Origin: Dehalococcoidia bacterium
GTDB lineage: Bacteria > Chloroflexota > Dehalococcoidia > Lucifugimonadales > SHYT01
Assembly: GCA_009693045.1 (NCBI GenBank)
Contig: SHXZ01000011.1
Coordinates: 6,967 to 70,966, forward strand
Length of the DNA: 64,000 nucleotides
Direction of reading: 5' to 3'
The notes under the pieces were generated by a model that saw nothing but the letters and a program-made list of their open reading frames with translations, was not told the origin of the DNA and ran no database searches. Of this stretch, positions 37,720 through 47,674 are shown in pieces. Position numbers and translations under genes: made by a program. Numbering within the stretch: position 1 is the stretch's first letter; each line of letters opens with the position of its first letter.

Positions 37720-38955
37720 TCAGACGCCTGGAGTTGGGCCGACTGCCTTTGCCCCGGAGCCAGGCGCGTCTCGTGTTCGCCCCGTCTCCGGCAGCAGCAG
37801 CGCCGCCACCAGCAGCCCCAGCCCGCCCACCGCCCACAACGCGAACCCTGGCGCGTAACTCCCCGTCGCGTCCGCTAGCAACCCCACCGTGAGCGGTGAG
37901 ACGAACGCGAAGAACCCGCCAACCGTCATAGACCCCGCCAGCATCATCACAACGCGGTCGGGCGTCGCGTCCGGCAGCTCCATCGGCAGCGTCGCCAGCG
38001 TAGGCAGAAAAAAGTTCACTGAAAACGAAAGCGCAATGAGGGCCGGGTAGAGGAATAACGTATCTCCCGCGAGGAACGTGGAAAACCCGGTGAACACAAT
38101 CGTGACGCCCGACGCCAGAAGAAACGGGCGCCTCCGTGCAAAAAAGAGCGGGAGCAACCCGCCCAAAAACATCCAGAACATGCCGCTGAATGGCATCAGC
38201 CCCGTCAGAAAGCCCCCCCTGCTCAGTGACATCCCCAGCGTCTCGTGGAAATAGGTCGGGAGCCACGACATCTGCCCCACGATGAGCGCAGCGGGCGCTG
38301 CGTTCCCCAGCGCGATGAGCAACGTCACCCTGGACCGCAGCGTTGTCAGCATCTGCCGGACCGGAACCGCGCGCCGCGCCGGTTGGCGGGTCACCTCACT
38401 CGTTTGGCCCAGCGCCACCCACAGAACGGCGCCTGCCAGCATCACCGCGCCTGGGAGCATCAGCGCGCCCTGCCACCCAACGGCCTTTGCCAGCGCCGCC
38501 TCGGTAAACAACGCCAGCGTCACACCCAGCGTGCCGCCCACCATCATCATGCCGTTGACCAGCGGCAGCTCGCGGCGCGGGAACCACTGCATCAAGAGCA
38601 TCCCTGACACGGGCATGAGGACGGCAATGCCGATCCCGAACCCCAAGCGCAGCGCCATCAGCGCGCCGAAATCGCCCGCAAGGGGCGTGAGGATGAGTCC
38701 GGCGGATGCGAACCAGCACACGGCGACCAGGGGCTTGAGCCTGATCTTGGCCGCAAGCAGCCCGCCGGGAATGCTCAGCGCCGCCTGCGCCAGGGGGACC
38801 AACCCAATGAGCAAGCTGGCCATGCCGCGACTCACCCCGTACTCCTCCACGATGAGCGGAAGGAGAGGGGACACCGCGAAGAAGTTCATGCCCACTGCGA
38901 AGTTCAGACACAGCAGCAGGCCGCCGATGACAAACCGGTACCTGGTCGTTTTCAA
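37720..38955 (-). CDS. MFS transporter
   Basis: 12-TM-type hydrophobic profile. TTG 38955 is preceded by agggag. The ORF-track start 39012 lies inside a palindromic repeat. Confidence 0.8.
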   Translation of the reverse strand: MKTTRYRFVIGGLLLCLNFAVGMNFFAVSPLLPLIVEEYGVSRGMASLLIGLVPLAQAALSIPGGLLAAKIRLKPLVAVCWFASAGLILTPLAGDFGALMALRLGFGIGIAVLMPVSGMLLMQWFPRRELPLVNGMMMVGGTLGVTLALFTEAALAKAVGWQGALMLPGAVMLAGAVLWVALGQTSEVTRQPARRAVPVRQMLTTLRSRVTLLIALGNAAPAALIVGQMSWLPTYFHETLGMSLSRGGFLTGLMPFSGMFWMFLGGLLPLFFARRRPFLLASGVTIVFTGFSTFLAGDTLFLYPALIALSFSVNFFLPTLATLPMELPDATPDRVVMMLAGSMTVGGFFAFVSPLTVGLLADATGSYAPGFALWAVGGLGLLVAALLLPETGRTRDAPGSGAKAVGPTPGV

Positions 38956-39002
38956 GGTGCTCCCTAACTGCGCTGCGGCATCGGGACAGGCATCCAATAC
39001 TT

Positions 39003-39030
39003 GTAGGGGCAATTCATGAATTGCCCCTAC
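39003..39030. repeat. Family-B perfect 28-bp palindrome GTAGGGGCAATTCATGAATTGCCCCTAC
   Basis: Seen directly. Lies between leuB and the MFS gene. Confidence 0.9.
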
Positions 39031-39075
39031 GTCACCACGCTTCCGGGATTGGCTGGCGAAGGCTTCCGGGCAACG

Positions 39076-40164
39076 TTACAGCAGGCCAATGACCAGGTCG
39101 GCCATCTCCCGCGTTTGGAGCGTCCGCTCCCCCGGCCTGGCAATGTCCGGCGAGCGGTAGCCGTCCGCCAGCACTTTGTCCACCGCCAGCTCAATCGTCC
39201 GAGCCTCCGCCTCCAGGCTCAGCGAATAGCGCAGCAGCAGCGCCGCGCTCAGGATGGCCCCAAGCGGATTCGCGATGCCCTTGCCCGCAATGTCCGGCGC
39301 GGTGCCGTGGATCGGCTCGTAGAGCCCCATCGCGCGCTGGCCCGCCTGCGGGATGCCTGCGAGACTGGCCGAGGGCAGCATTCCCATGGATCCCACCAGC
39401 ACCGCCGCCTCATCCGTCAGGATGTCGCCGAACATGTTCTCGGTCACGATGACATCAAACCGCGCCGGCGACCGCACCAGCTGCATCGCCGCCGTGTCCA
39501 CCAGCATGTTGTCCATGACCACGCCTGGGAACTCCTTCGCCGTCTCCATCGCCACCTCGCGCCACAACCGGGAGCTCTCCAGCACGTTGGCCTTGTCCAC
39601 GGACGTGACGCGGTTCTTGCGCCCCTGGGCCAGCGTGAACCCCACGCGCATCACGCGGCGGACCTCCTGCTCCGTGTACCGCAGCGTGTCAACGGCGCGG
39701 CGGCCGCGGGCCGTCTCCCAGCGCTTCTTTGGCTTCGCGAAGTACAGCCCGCCGGTCAGCTCCCGCACCACCACGATGTCCACGCCCTGCAGCAGCGACG
39801 GCTTCAGGGGGCTGGCCTCCATGAGCTGCGGCGACACCTTAACCGGTCGCAGGTTCGCAAACAGCCCTAGCGCCTTTCGGATGCCCAGGATGCCGTCCTC
39901 GGGCCGTACCTTCGCGCGCGGGTCGTCCCACTTCGGCCCGCCCACGGCGCCAAAGAGCACGGCGTCGCTCTGCTTCGCCAGGCGCACCGTTTCCTGCGGC
40001 AGCGCCATCCCGTACCGGTCAATGGCGTTGCCGCCCACCGGCGCCTCCGAGAACTGGAACGTGTGCCCCCTCTTGCGCCCGATGGCCTCCAGAACGCGGA
40101 CCGCCTCCGCCGTGACCTCCGGACCGATGCCGTCGCCGCCGAGCACTGCGATCTTGAACTCCAC
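39076..40164 (-). CDS. leuB: 3-isopropylmalate dehydrogenase
   Basis: Motifs KIAVLGGDGIGPEV and NMFGDILTDEAAVLVGSMGMLPSASL. Confidence 0.95.
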   Translation of the reverse strand: MEFKIAVLGGDGIGPEVTAEAVRVLEAIGRKRGHTFQFSEAPVGGNAIDRYGMALPQETVRLAKQSDAVLFGAVGGPKWDDPRAKVRPEDGILGIRKALGLFANLRPVKVSPQLMEASPLKPSLLQGVDIVVVRELTGGLYFAKPKKRWETARGRRAVDTLRYTEQEVRRVMRVGFTLAQGRKNRVTSVDKANVLESSRLWREVAMETAKEFPGVVMDNMLVDTAAMQLVRSPARFDVIVTENMFGDILTDEAAVLVGSMGMLPSASLAGIPQAGQRAMGLYEPIHGTAPDIAGKGIANPLGAILSAALLLRYSLSLEAEARTIELAVDKVLADGYRSPDIARPGERTLQTREMADLVIGLL

Positions 40165-40182
40165 GGTATGTCCTTTCTCGTC

Positions 40183-40500
40183 GCCATTCTGAGCGCTCCC
40201 GCTGTCTTGCTGAGCGCCCCGCTTGTCATTCCGAGCGTCCCTACTTTGTCATTCCGAGCGGAGCGAGGAATCTCCCACACACTGAGAACTGATCAACGTG
40301 GCCGCCATAGGCCCGCGCGCCCAAAACACGTTCTGGCGCATTGCCGAGTCCCCACCTGTCATTCCGCGCGCCCCCCTTGTCATTCCGAGCGGAACGAGGA
40401 ATCTCCCACACACTGGGATCTGATCAACGTGGCCGCCGTAGGCTCGCGCGCCCAAAACACGTTCTGGTGCATAGCCGAGCGCTCCCCTCCATTCTTCGCT
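40183..40500 (+). repeat. Family-C repeat block: four short GTCATTC[CT]GAGCG-type units, then two tandem copies of about 103 bp (40246-40348 and 40377-40479; period 131 bp; 7 mismatches)
   Basis: Direct comparison of the two units in the sequence. Confidence 0.85.
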
Positions 40501-40615
40501 GCGCCCCGAATCCGCACCCGCTCATCTTCCAGCAAGCTCAGGACGAATCGCAGACCGTTTTGAACCACACCGCGCCAACGTTAGAATGGGTGCAAGCTCG
40601 TGACAGAGGTACGCG

Positions 40616-40932
40616 ATGGAGTTTATCGTCCGCCAGCTTACGAATCAACCCGACACCGTCCTGGTGCGGTACAACTGCGCCTGCGGATGTAAGCCGGGCG
40701 TCCGCTATCGCCGCGGGTCACAAGAGGCCGGCCACGAGCACTGCTGCTGCGGCAACGTCCACTTCGTCGGCCCGCAGGCGCGTCAGCGTATGGAGACGTA
40801 TCTGGCGGACCGCCGCGCCACCGGCGAGGACGCCGGCCTGGTGTATGCGCTGCACGACCAGCAGCTTGCACGCCATGGGGCGAGTCCGTGGCGGTGGCCT
40901 ACGCGCTGCCCGATAAGCCGAAGCAGCACTAG
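40616..40932 (+). pseudogene. Small Cys-rich protein (NCACGCKPG...HEHCCCGNVHF) with a probable 1-nt frameshift near 40856-40867
   Basis: The frame-2 N-terminus has high GC3 up to about 40865. A frame-1 continuation CTPWGESVAVAYALPDKPKQH-TAG (40930-40932) has high GC3. The frame-2 continuation is R/S/P/W-rich and runs into a palindromic repeat. Confidence 0.5.
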
Positions 40933-40949
40933 CCGTTTCCTGCAAAGCT

Positions 40950-40977
40950 GTAGGGGCAAGGCATGCCTCACCCCTCC
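40950..40977. repeat. Family-B palindrome, imperfect (GTAGGGGCAAGGCATGCCTCACCCCTCC)
   Basis: Seen directly. Confidence 0.7.
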
Positions 40978-41042
40978 ACGTTTACGCGCATAGGTTTGCG
41001 TGAAATAGGAGATTATCCCAATAGTGTCCCCTGGGCGCCCCC

Positions 41043-41423
41043 CTACACGATAAAGCTACCAAACAGGACTGCGCCGCCCGCGCCAGCCGCCGCGCCAATC
41101 GCCATTGCCGTGCGGATGTCAGCCGGGTCACCGGTAAGGTCGCCCGATGCGGCCTTGACCAGTCTTCCAATCAGCAAGCCGAAGAGTACGGCAGCCACGG
41201 CAGCGACCAACAGTCCCACGATGGCCCCAACCGCGTTCTCGTTCATGGTTCGGTACAGAAGACGGGCCACCTCACCCGCCATTACGCCCACGACGATGCC
41301 CGCCACCGTCGCGAGAAGCCCTCCCACGATTCCGCTGGAGCTGTTGCCCGTTTGCCGCCCTACCAGGACACCAACCACGCCCCCAACCAGCGCTTTCGCC
41401 AGCAAGGCCACCGCTGTATCCAT
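41043..41423 (-). CDS. Hypothetical glycine-zipper membrane protein
   Basis: ATG 41423 is preceded by ggaggtgg. GxxxG-rich hydrophobic repeats (VGGVVGVLVG, VGGLLATVAGIVVGVMAG). Confidence 0.5.
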   Translation of the reverse strand: MDTAVALLAKALVGGVVGVLVGRQTGNSSSGIVGGLLATVAGIVVGVMAGEVARLLYRTMNENAVGAIVGLLVAAVAAVLFGLLIGRLVKAASGDLTGDPADIRTAMAIGAAAGAGGAVLFGSFIV

Positions 41424-41570
41424 CTGACCACCTCCAGCATGTGTGAGCGATTGCCTGGCTGACATTCTACAACACCTTCCCCTTTCTTTGCGCTGCGCAA
41501 AGCTGACCCGTCACCAGCTTGAACGATCTTTCCCAGCCCTAGCAGTAGCCGTACCAAGGAGTGCAACAAA

Positions 41571-41602
41571 ATGGAGGGGCGATTCATGAATCGCCCCTCC
41601 AT
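41571..41602. repeat. Family-B perfect 32-bp palindrome ATGGAGGGGCGATTCATGAATCGCCCCTCCAT
   Basis: Shares the core AGGGGCnATTCATGAATnGCCCCT with 39003-39030. Lies between leuD and the Gly-zipper gene. Confidence 0.9.
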
Positions 41603-41654
41603 CGGGGACCTGCCAGGCAAGGTTGCCAGACAGTGGTCAGGCAGGCTGCGTGTC

Positions 41655-42251
41655 TCAGAACGGTTTTCGCTTCTTCTCGTACGCGGTGATCTTGTCGGCG
41701 TGCTGGAGTGTAAGGCCGATGTCGTCAAAGCCGTTCAACAGGCAGTAGCGGCGGAACTCGTCAATCTGGAACGTGGCGCGGAAGCCGTGGTCATCCTCAA
41801 TGAGGTTGTGCTCCAGGTCCACGCTGAGCATGTAGCCGGGGCGGGTCTGCGCGCGCGTCATGATCTGCTGGACCTGCTCCTCCGGCAGCGTCACGGGCAG
41901 GATGCCGTTCTGGAAGCAGTTGTTGAGGAAGATGTCCGCGAAGCTCGACGCGATGAGCACCTTGAAGCCGTAGTCCAGTAGCGCCCACGGCGCGTGCTCC
42001 CGCGACGACCCGCTCCCGAAGTTACGCCCGGCCACTAGGATGCTCGCGCCCTTGTAGCCCGGAGCGTTCAATTCAAACTTGGGGTTGGGCGTCTTGCCGT
42101 CGTCCTGGAAGCGCCAGTCAAAGAACAGGAACGGCCCGAAGCCCGTCTTCTCGATGCGCTTCAGGAACTGCTTGGGGATGATCTGGTCCGTGTCCACGTT
42201 CACGCGGTTGAGCGGCGCCACGGTGCCGGAGTGCCTCTTGAATGGTTCCAT
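41655..42251 (-). CDS. leuD: 3-isopropylmalate dehydratase small subunit
   Basis: Conserved LeuD sequence ([30 protein letters not shown]). Confidence 0.95.
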   Translation of the reverse strand: MEPFKRHSGTVAPLNRVNVDTDQIIPKQFLKRIEKTGFGPFLFFDWRFQDDGKTPNPKFELNAPGYKGASILVAGRNFGSGSSREHAPWALLDYGFKVLIASSFADIFLNNCFQNGILPVTLPEEQVQQIMTRAQTRPGYMLSVDLEHNLIEDDHGFRATFQIDEFRRYCLLNGFDDIGLTLQHADKITAYEKKRKPF

Positions 42252-42252
42252 C

Positions 42253-43671
42253 CTATCCTCCCTGGTTCTTTGACCACTCCCTGATGTCTACAAAACGCCC
42301 TGCGATCGCAGCCGCGGCCGCCATCTGCGGACTGACCAGGTGCGTGCGTCCGCCCTTCCCCTGCCGCCCCTCAAAGTTCCGGTTGGACGTTGACGCGCAC
42401 CGCTCGCCGGGCTTTAAGAAGTCCGGGTTCATGCCCAGGCACATGGAGCAGCCCGCCTCGCGCCAGTCAAAGCCTGCATCCTTGAACACCTGGTCCAGTC
42501 CCTCGGCCTCGGCCTGCTTCTTCACCGCCGTGGAGCCGGGGACCACCATCGCATACACCTTGGCATTGACCCTGCGTCCCTTCACCACCTCGGCAGCGGC
42601 GCGCAGGTCGGTAATGCGCGCGTTGGTGCAGGAACCGATGAACACCCGGTCAATCCCAACTTCCTGAATAGGTATGCCCTCCTCCAGTCCCATGTACTCC
42701 AGAGCGCGCCGCGCCGCCGCACGGTCGGCCTCGGACTGAAACGAGTTGACGGTCGGCACCTTGCCGCTCACCGCCGCCACCATCCCGGGGTTGGTGCCCC
42801 AGGTCACAAACGGTTCCAGCGTCACGGCAGGGAGCTCCACCAAGCGGTCAAACTTGGCCCCCGGCTCGGTCGGCAGGCTCTTCCAGTGCTCTACGGCAAG
42901 GTCAAAGTCGCGGCCTTGCGGCGCGTGCGGCCTCCCTCGCAGGTAGGCGAACGTCGTCTCGTCCGGCGCGATCATGCCCGCGCGAGCGCCGCCTTCAATG
43001 GACATGTTGCAGACGGTGAAGCGGCCCTCCATCGTCAGCGAGCGGATCGCCTCGCCGGTGTACTCAATCACCTGGCCCGTGGCGCCGTCCACGCCGATCT
43101 TGCCGATGATCCCCAGAATGATGTCCTTGGCCGTCACGCCAAATGGGAGCTTCCCGTCCACGCGCACTTCCATCGTCTTGGGCTTCGCCTGCCACAGGCA
43201 CTGCGTGGCCAGGACGTGCTCCACCTCCGACGTGCCGATGCCGTAGGCCAGCGAGCCGACGGCGCCGTGGGTGGAGGTGTGGCTGTCGCCGCAGACGATG
43301 AGCATGCCGGGCTGCGTGTAGCCCTGCTCCGGGCCGATGATGTGGACGATGCCCTGGCCCGGGCTCTGCATGTTGTAGTAGATCAGGCCGAAGTCCTTCG
43401 CGTTCTTGTCCATCGCCTGGATCTGCTTCAGCGAAACCTCGTCCGTGATTGGCAGGTTGCGCGCCCACGTCGGCACGTTGTGGTCCACCGTGGCCACCGT
43501 CAGGTCCGGCCGGCGCACCTTCCGGCTCGTCACACGCAGGCCCTCAAACGCCTGGGGCGACGTCACCTCGTGGACGAGGTGCAGGTCCACGTACAGCAAG
43601 TCGGGTTTGCTCGCCTCTTGGTGGACCAAGTGGGCGTTCCAGATCTTTTCAAAGAGCGTCTTGGCGGGCAT
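42253..43671 (-). CDS. leuC: 3-isopropylmalate dehydratase large subunit
   Basis: Aconitase-family motifs ([28 protein letters not shown]). Confidence 0.95.
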   Translation of the reverse strand: MPAKTLFEKIWNAHLVHQEASKPDLLYVDLHLVHEVTSPQAFEGLRVTSRKVRRPDLTVATVDHNVPTWARNLPITDEVSLKQIQAMDKNAKDFGLIYYNMQSPGQGIVHIIGPEQGYTQPGMLIVCGDSHTSTHGAVGSLAYGIGTSEVEHVLATQCLWQAKPKTMEVRVDGKLPFGVTAKDIILGIIGKIGVDGATGQVIEYTGEAIRSLTMEGRFTVCNMSIEGGARAGMIAPDETTFAYLRGRPHAPQGRDFDLAVEHWKSLPTEPGAKFDRLVELPAVTLEPFVTWGTNPGMVAAVSGKVPTVNSFQSEADRAAARRALEYMGLEEGIPIQEVGIDRVFIGSCTNARITDLRAAAEVVKGRRVNAKVYAMVVPGSTAVKKQAEAEGLDQVFKDAGFDWREAGCSMCLGMNPDFLKPGERCASTSNRNFEGRQGKGGRTHLVSPQMAAAAAIAGRFVDIREWSKNQGG

Positions 43672-43677
43672 GGCGGA

Positions 43678-43986
43678 CTACCTCCTGATGTAGCTATCCA
43701 GCATTAGATAGGGGATTCCGGGTACTTGACCAGCCATTTGCGAATCGTTTCCGATAATGGCTTGGCATCCTCACTCGAGAGCAGTAGCCGCTATGATCGC
43801 GTCTACCAAAGGCATGCGGCGCTGCGATCGAATCACTGCTGCCCGCCAAGCCACTGTGCTGTCCACCGGGTAAACACGAATCCCTGGCGTGTTGTACATG
43901 AGCGTTTCAACAATCTGGATCGTCGTCCGGTTTCCTTCGCGGAGCGGCTTGACCAAGAGCTCGGCGACGACCAATGAAGAGGCCAT
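43678..43986 (-). pseudogene. PIN-domain (VapC-like) toxin remnant: N-terminus missing, in-frame TGA at 43773-43771
   Basis: ...PLVDAIIAATALE-TGA-GCQAIIGNDSQMAGQVPGIPYL... matches the C-terminal half of PIN domains. No upstream DTN/DTS motif or antitoxin ORF is present. The segment is visibly AT-richer and sits between leuA and leuC. Confidence 0.55.
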
Positions 43987-44098
43987 CAGAGAGAGCGCGC
44001 CGTTCGCTCAAGGAGCCCTCGCACGATGGAAGCGTAGGGTTCCACCGCGGAAAAAGTACAGGATACCAAGCAACCTGTCAAGCTCGCCCGAGTTAACC

Positions 44099-45646
44099 CT
44101 ACGTCGTGGCCGTGGCCTGTTGCGGTGCGCCCTCCGCCGCCAGCAGCCGGTTGAGCGCGTTCAGGTACGCCTTTGCGCTGGCTACCAGGATGTCCGTGTC
44201 CGCGCCGCGCCCAACATACAGGCGCCCGTTGTGGCTCAGGCGAAAGGTCACGTGACCAACGGCGTCCAATCCGCCGGTGACCGAATGGACGATGTACTCG
44301 TCAAGCGCAGGCTCCACCCCCACCAGATTGGCGACCCCCTTGCACACCGCGTCCACGGGGCCGTTGCCCGTAGCTGCGCCACTGACGGCGGTGCCTTCCG
44401 GCGTTATGAGCCGCACCGTGGCGGTCGGTATTTCGCTGGTGCCGGTGTGGACCTGCACCAGGTCCAGTCGGTAGCCGCCGGTGTCCGTGACGCGGCGCTC
44501 CTCGGCCATGAGCATTTCCAGGTCCATGTCCGTCACCTCGCGCTTCTTGTCGGCGAGCGACTTGAAGGACTGGAAGACCAGGGTAAGTTCCTCCTGCGAA
44601 AGCTTATAGCCCAGCTGCTCCAGGCGTGCGCGGAGCCCGGCACGGCCGCTCAGCTTGCCGAGCACCAGCGAGTTCCCACGCCATCCCACGCTCTCGGGGT
44701 CCATGATTTCAAACGTGGTGCGTTCCTTGAGCACCGCGTCCTGGTGAATGCCCGAGGCGTGCCGGAACGCGTTCATTCCTACGATAGCCTTGTTGTACTG
44801 CACCGGGAAGCCAAAGGTCTCACTCACCAGTCGGCTGGTGGGCACGATCTGCGTGGTGTCAATGTTCGTCGTGACGCCAAAGAGATCCTTGCGCGTGTGC
44901 AGGCCCATGATGATCTCTTCCAGCGCCGCGTTGCCGGCCCGTTCGCCCAACCCGTTGATGCAGCCCTCCACCTGGCGGGCTCCGGCGCGGACCGCCGCGA
45001 GGCTGTTCGCGACCGCCAGCCCAAGGTCGTTGTGACAGTGGACGCTCACCACGGCCTTGTCGATGTTCGGCACGTTGTTGAAGATGCCGCGGATGAGCTC
45101 CGCGAACTGCTCCGGGATGGCATAGCCGACCGAATCCGGGATATTAACCGTGGTGGCGCCCGCCTTGATGACCGCCTCCACAATGCGGTACAGGAACTCC
45201 TGTCCGCTGCGGCTGGCGTCCATGGGCGAGAACTCAACGTCAGGGCAGTACCGCTTGGCCCTGGCGACGCTCTCCACCGCCATTCCCAGGACCTCTTCGT
45301 GGTTCTTGCGCATTTGGTGCAGAAGGTGGTTGTCCGAGCTGGAGAGGAATACGTGGATCCTGGGCCGCGCGGCGCCTTTCAAGGCTTCGGCGGCTCGGTC
45401 CACGTCGTTAGGGTTGGCGCGTGACAACGAGGCGATGATGGGGCGCCTCACCTCGCTGCCGATCCGGCTCACCGCCTCAAAGTCTCCTGGCGACGAGGCC
45501 GCGAACCCCGCCTCAATGACATCCACCCCTAGCCGGTCGAGCTGCATCGCGATCTGGAACTTCTCATCAACCGTCATGCCCGCGCCCGCCGACTGTTCCC
45601 CGTCGCGGAGCGTGGTGTCAAAGATGATGACCTTGTCTTCAGCCAT
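44099..45646 (-). CDS. leuA: 2-isopropylmalate synthase
   Basis: IFDTTLRDGEQSAG, HCHNDLGLAVANS, and a C-terminal LeuA allosteric domain. Confidence 0.95.
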   Translation of the reverse strand: MAEDKVIIFDTTLRDGEQSAGAGMTVDEKFQIAMQLDRLGVDVIEAGFAASSPGDFEAVSRIGSEVRRPIIASLSRANPNDVDRAAEALKGAARPRIHVFLSSSDNHLLHQMRKNHEEVLGMAVESVARAKRYCPDVEFSPMDASRSGQEFLYRIVEAVIKAGATTVNIPDSVGYAIPEQFAELIRGIFNNVPNIDKAVVSVHCHNDLGLAVANSLAAVRAGARQVEGCINGLGERAGNAALEEIIMGLHTRKDLFGVTTNIDTTQIVPTSRLVSETFGFPVQYNKAIVGMNAFRHASGIHQDAVLKERTTFEIMDPESVGWRGNSLVLGKLSGRAGLRARLEQLGYKLSQEELTLVFQSFKSLADKKREVTDMDLEMLMAEERRVTDTGGYRLDLVQVHTGTSEIPTATVRLITPEGTAVSGAATGNGPVDAVCKGVANLVGVEPALDEYIVHSVTGGLDAVGHVTFRLSHNGRLYVGRGADTDILVASAKAYLNALNRLLAAEGAPQQATATT

Positions 45647-45902
45647 GGCGACTCTCCTTAAGTGCAGTCATGCGGAATGGATAGGAGTTGAGCAAAGCCT
45701 GTGGGCGGCGCACCCTCGCTGCTTCGCGGCGGGCGGACATCACCCGTTGGCGCGGAGCGCCTGTGTGCACAGCCCGCATCGGCCTGCTACAGGATGCCGT
45801 AGCCCGCTGACGGTTGCCTTCTCGGCAGCGCCCGCCAGCGGAGCGCCACGGCGGCGACCTCCTGGACCATCCTCATGCTCACACCCTCGCGGCGCGCAGC
45901 GG

Positions 45903-46901
<999 letters not shown>

Positions 46902-46969
46902 GCTGGTCACCAACCTTTCCTGGATTCCCCCAAGCGAAACGCTCCGAGAGCGGCCAGAGCACGCTAGCC

Positions 46970-47548
46970 CTATCCGCCGGAGCGGTCCACCTCAACCAGT
47001 GGCGTGGGACCCGACCCGTTCGCCATCACTCGCGCAACGTTGGTGGAGTCGCCACCCGCAATCATGCCTCGCACCATCGCCAAGCGGCCGCTGCGCATCA
47101 CCTCGGAGATGCCGAACGGCTGGAGCAGGCTGATCAGCGATGTGACCTTGTCCTCGTCGCCCGTGACCTCAATGATCAGTGACTCCACCGAGGCGTCCAC
47201 GATGTTGGCGCGGAAGATGTCCACAAACTGGATGATCTCGGCGCGATTCTGCGGCGCCGCGCGGACCTTGACCAGGGCGAGTTCCCTGCCCACCAGGCGC
47301 TCCCCGGTGATGTCGGCAATGCGCACCACGTCCACCAGCTTGCGGAGCTGCTTCGTCACCTGGTCCGCCACCAGCTCGTCGCCGTCCACAACGAATGTGA
47401 TGCGAGAAAGCCCCGGGCGCTCGCTGTGTCCCACCGACAGGCTGGCGATGTTGAACCCGCGCCGCCGGATGACCGTCGCGATCCGGTTGAGCACGCCGGG
47501 CCGGTCGTGGACGATCGCAACAATGGTGTGCGTGCTTCCGGTAGCCAT
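46970..47548 (-). CDS. ilvN: Acetolactate synthase small (regulatory) subunit
   Basis: ACT domain [33 protein letters not shown] plus a C-terminal ALS_ss_C-like region. Start at ATG 47548. Confidence 0.9.
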   Translation of the reverse strand: MATGSTHTIVAIVHDRPGVLNRIATVIRRRGFNIASLSVGHSERPGLSRITFVVDGDELVADQVTKQLRKLVDVVRIADITGERLVGRELALVKVRAAPQNRAEIIQFVDIFRANIVDASVESLIIEVTGDEDKVTSLISLLQPFGISEVMRSGRLAMVRGMIAGGDSTNVARVMANGSGPTPLVEVDRSGG

Positions 47549-47674
47549 GATCGCGCCCTCTGTCCCCTCAGTTTTGCCCCATGTGCCCACGAGTTCAAGA
47601 GTAGAGCGTCCCTTGGTTGAGCCACGCCGCACCCTTCAGGGCCTGCACCGAGCGAAGCCGATGGGGTGCGGACG

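Noticed and set aside
40183-40500. CRISPR array
   Set aside because: There are only two long units with a short 28-bp connector that is itself repeat-derived. There are no unique spacers of regular length and no cas genes in the window.
45647-45902. Possible third T-box in the ilvC-leuA spacer (AACGGGTGATGTCCGCC)
   Set aside because: It resembles the T-box consensus only weakly. It has no UGGNACC core, no terminator with a U-tract, and no recognisable stem I motifs. It is probably just a GC-rich structured spacer.
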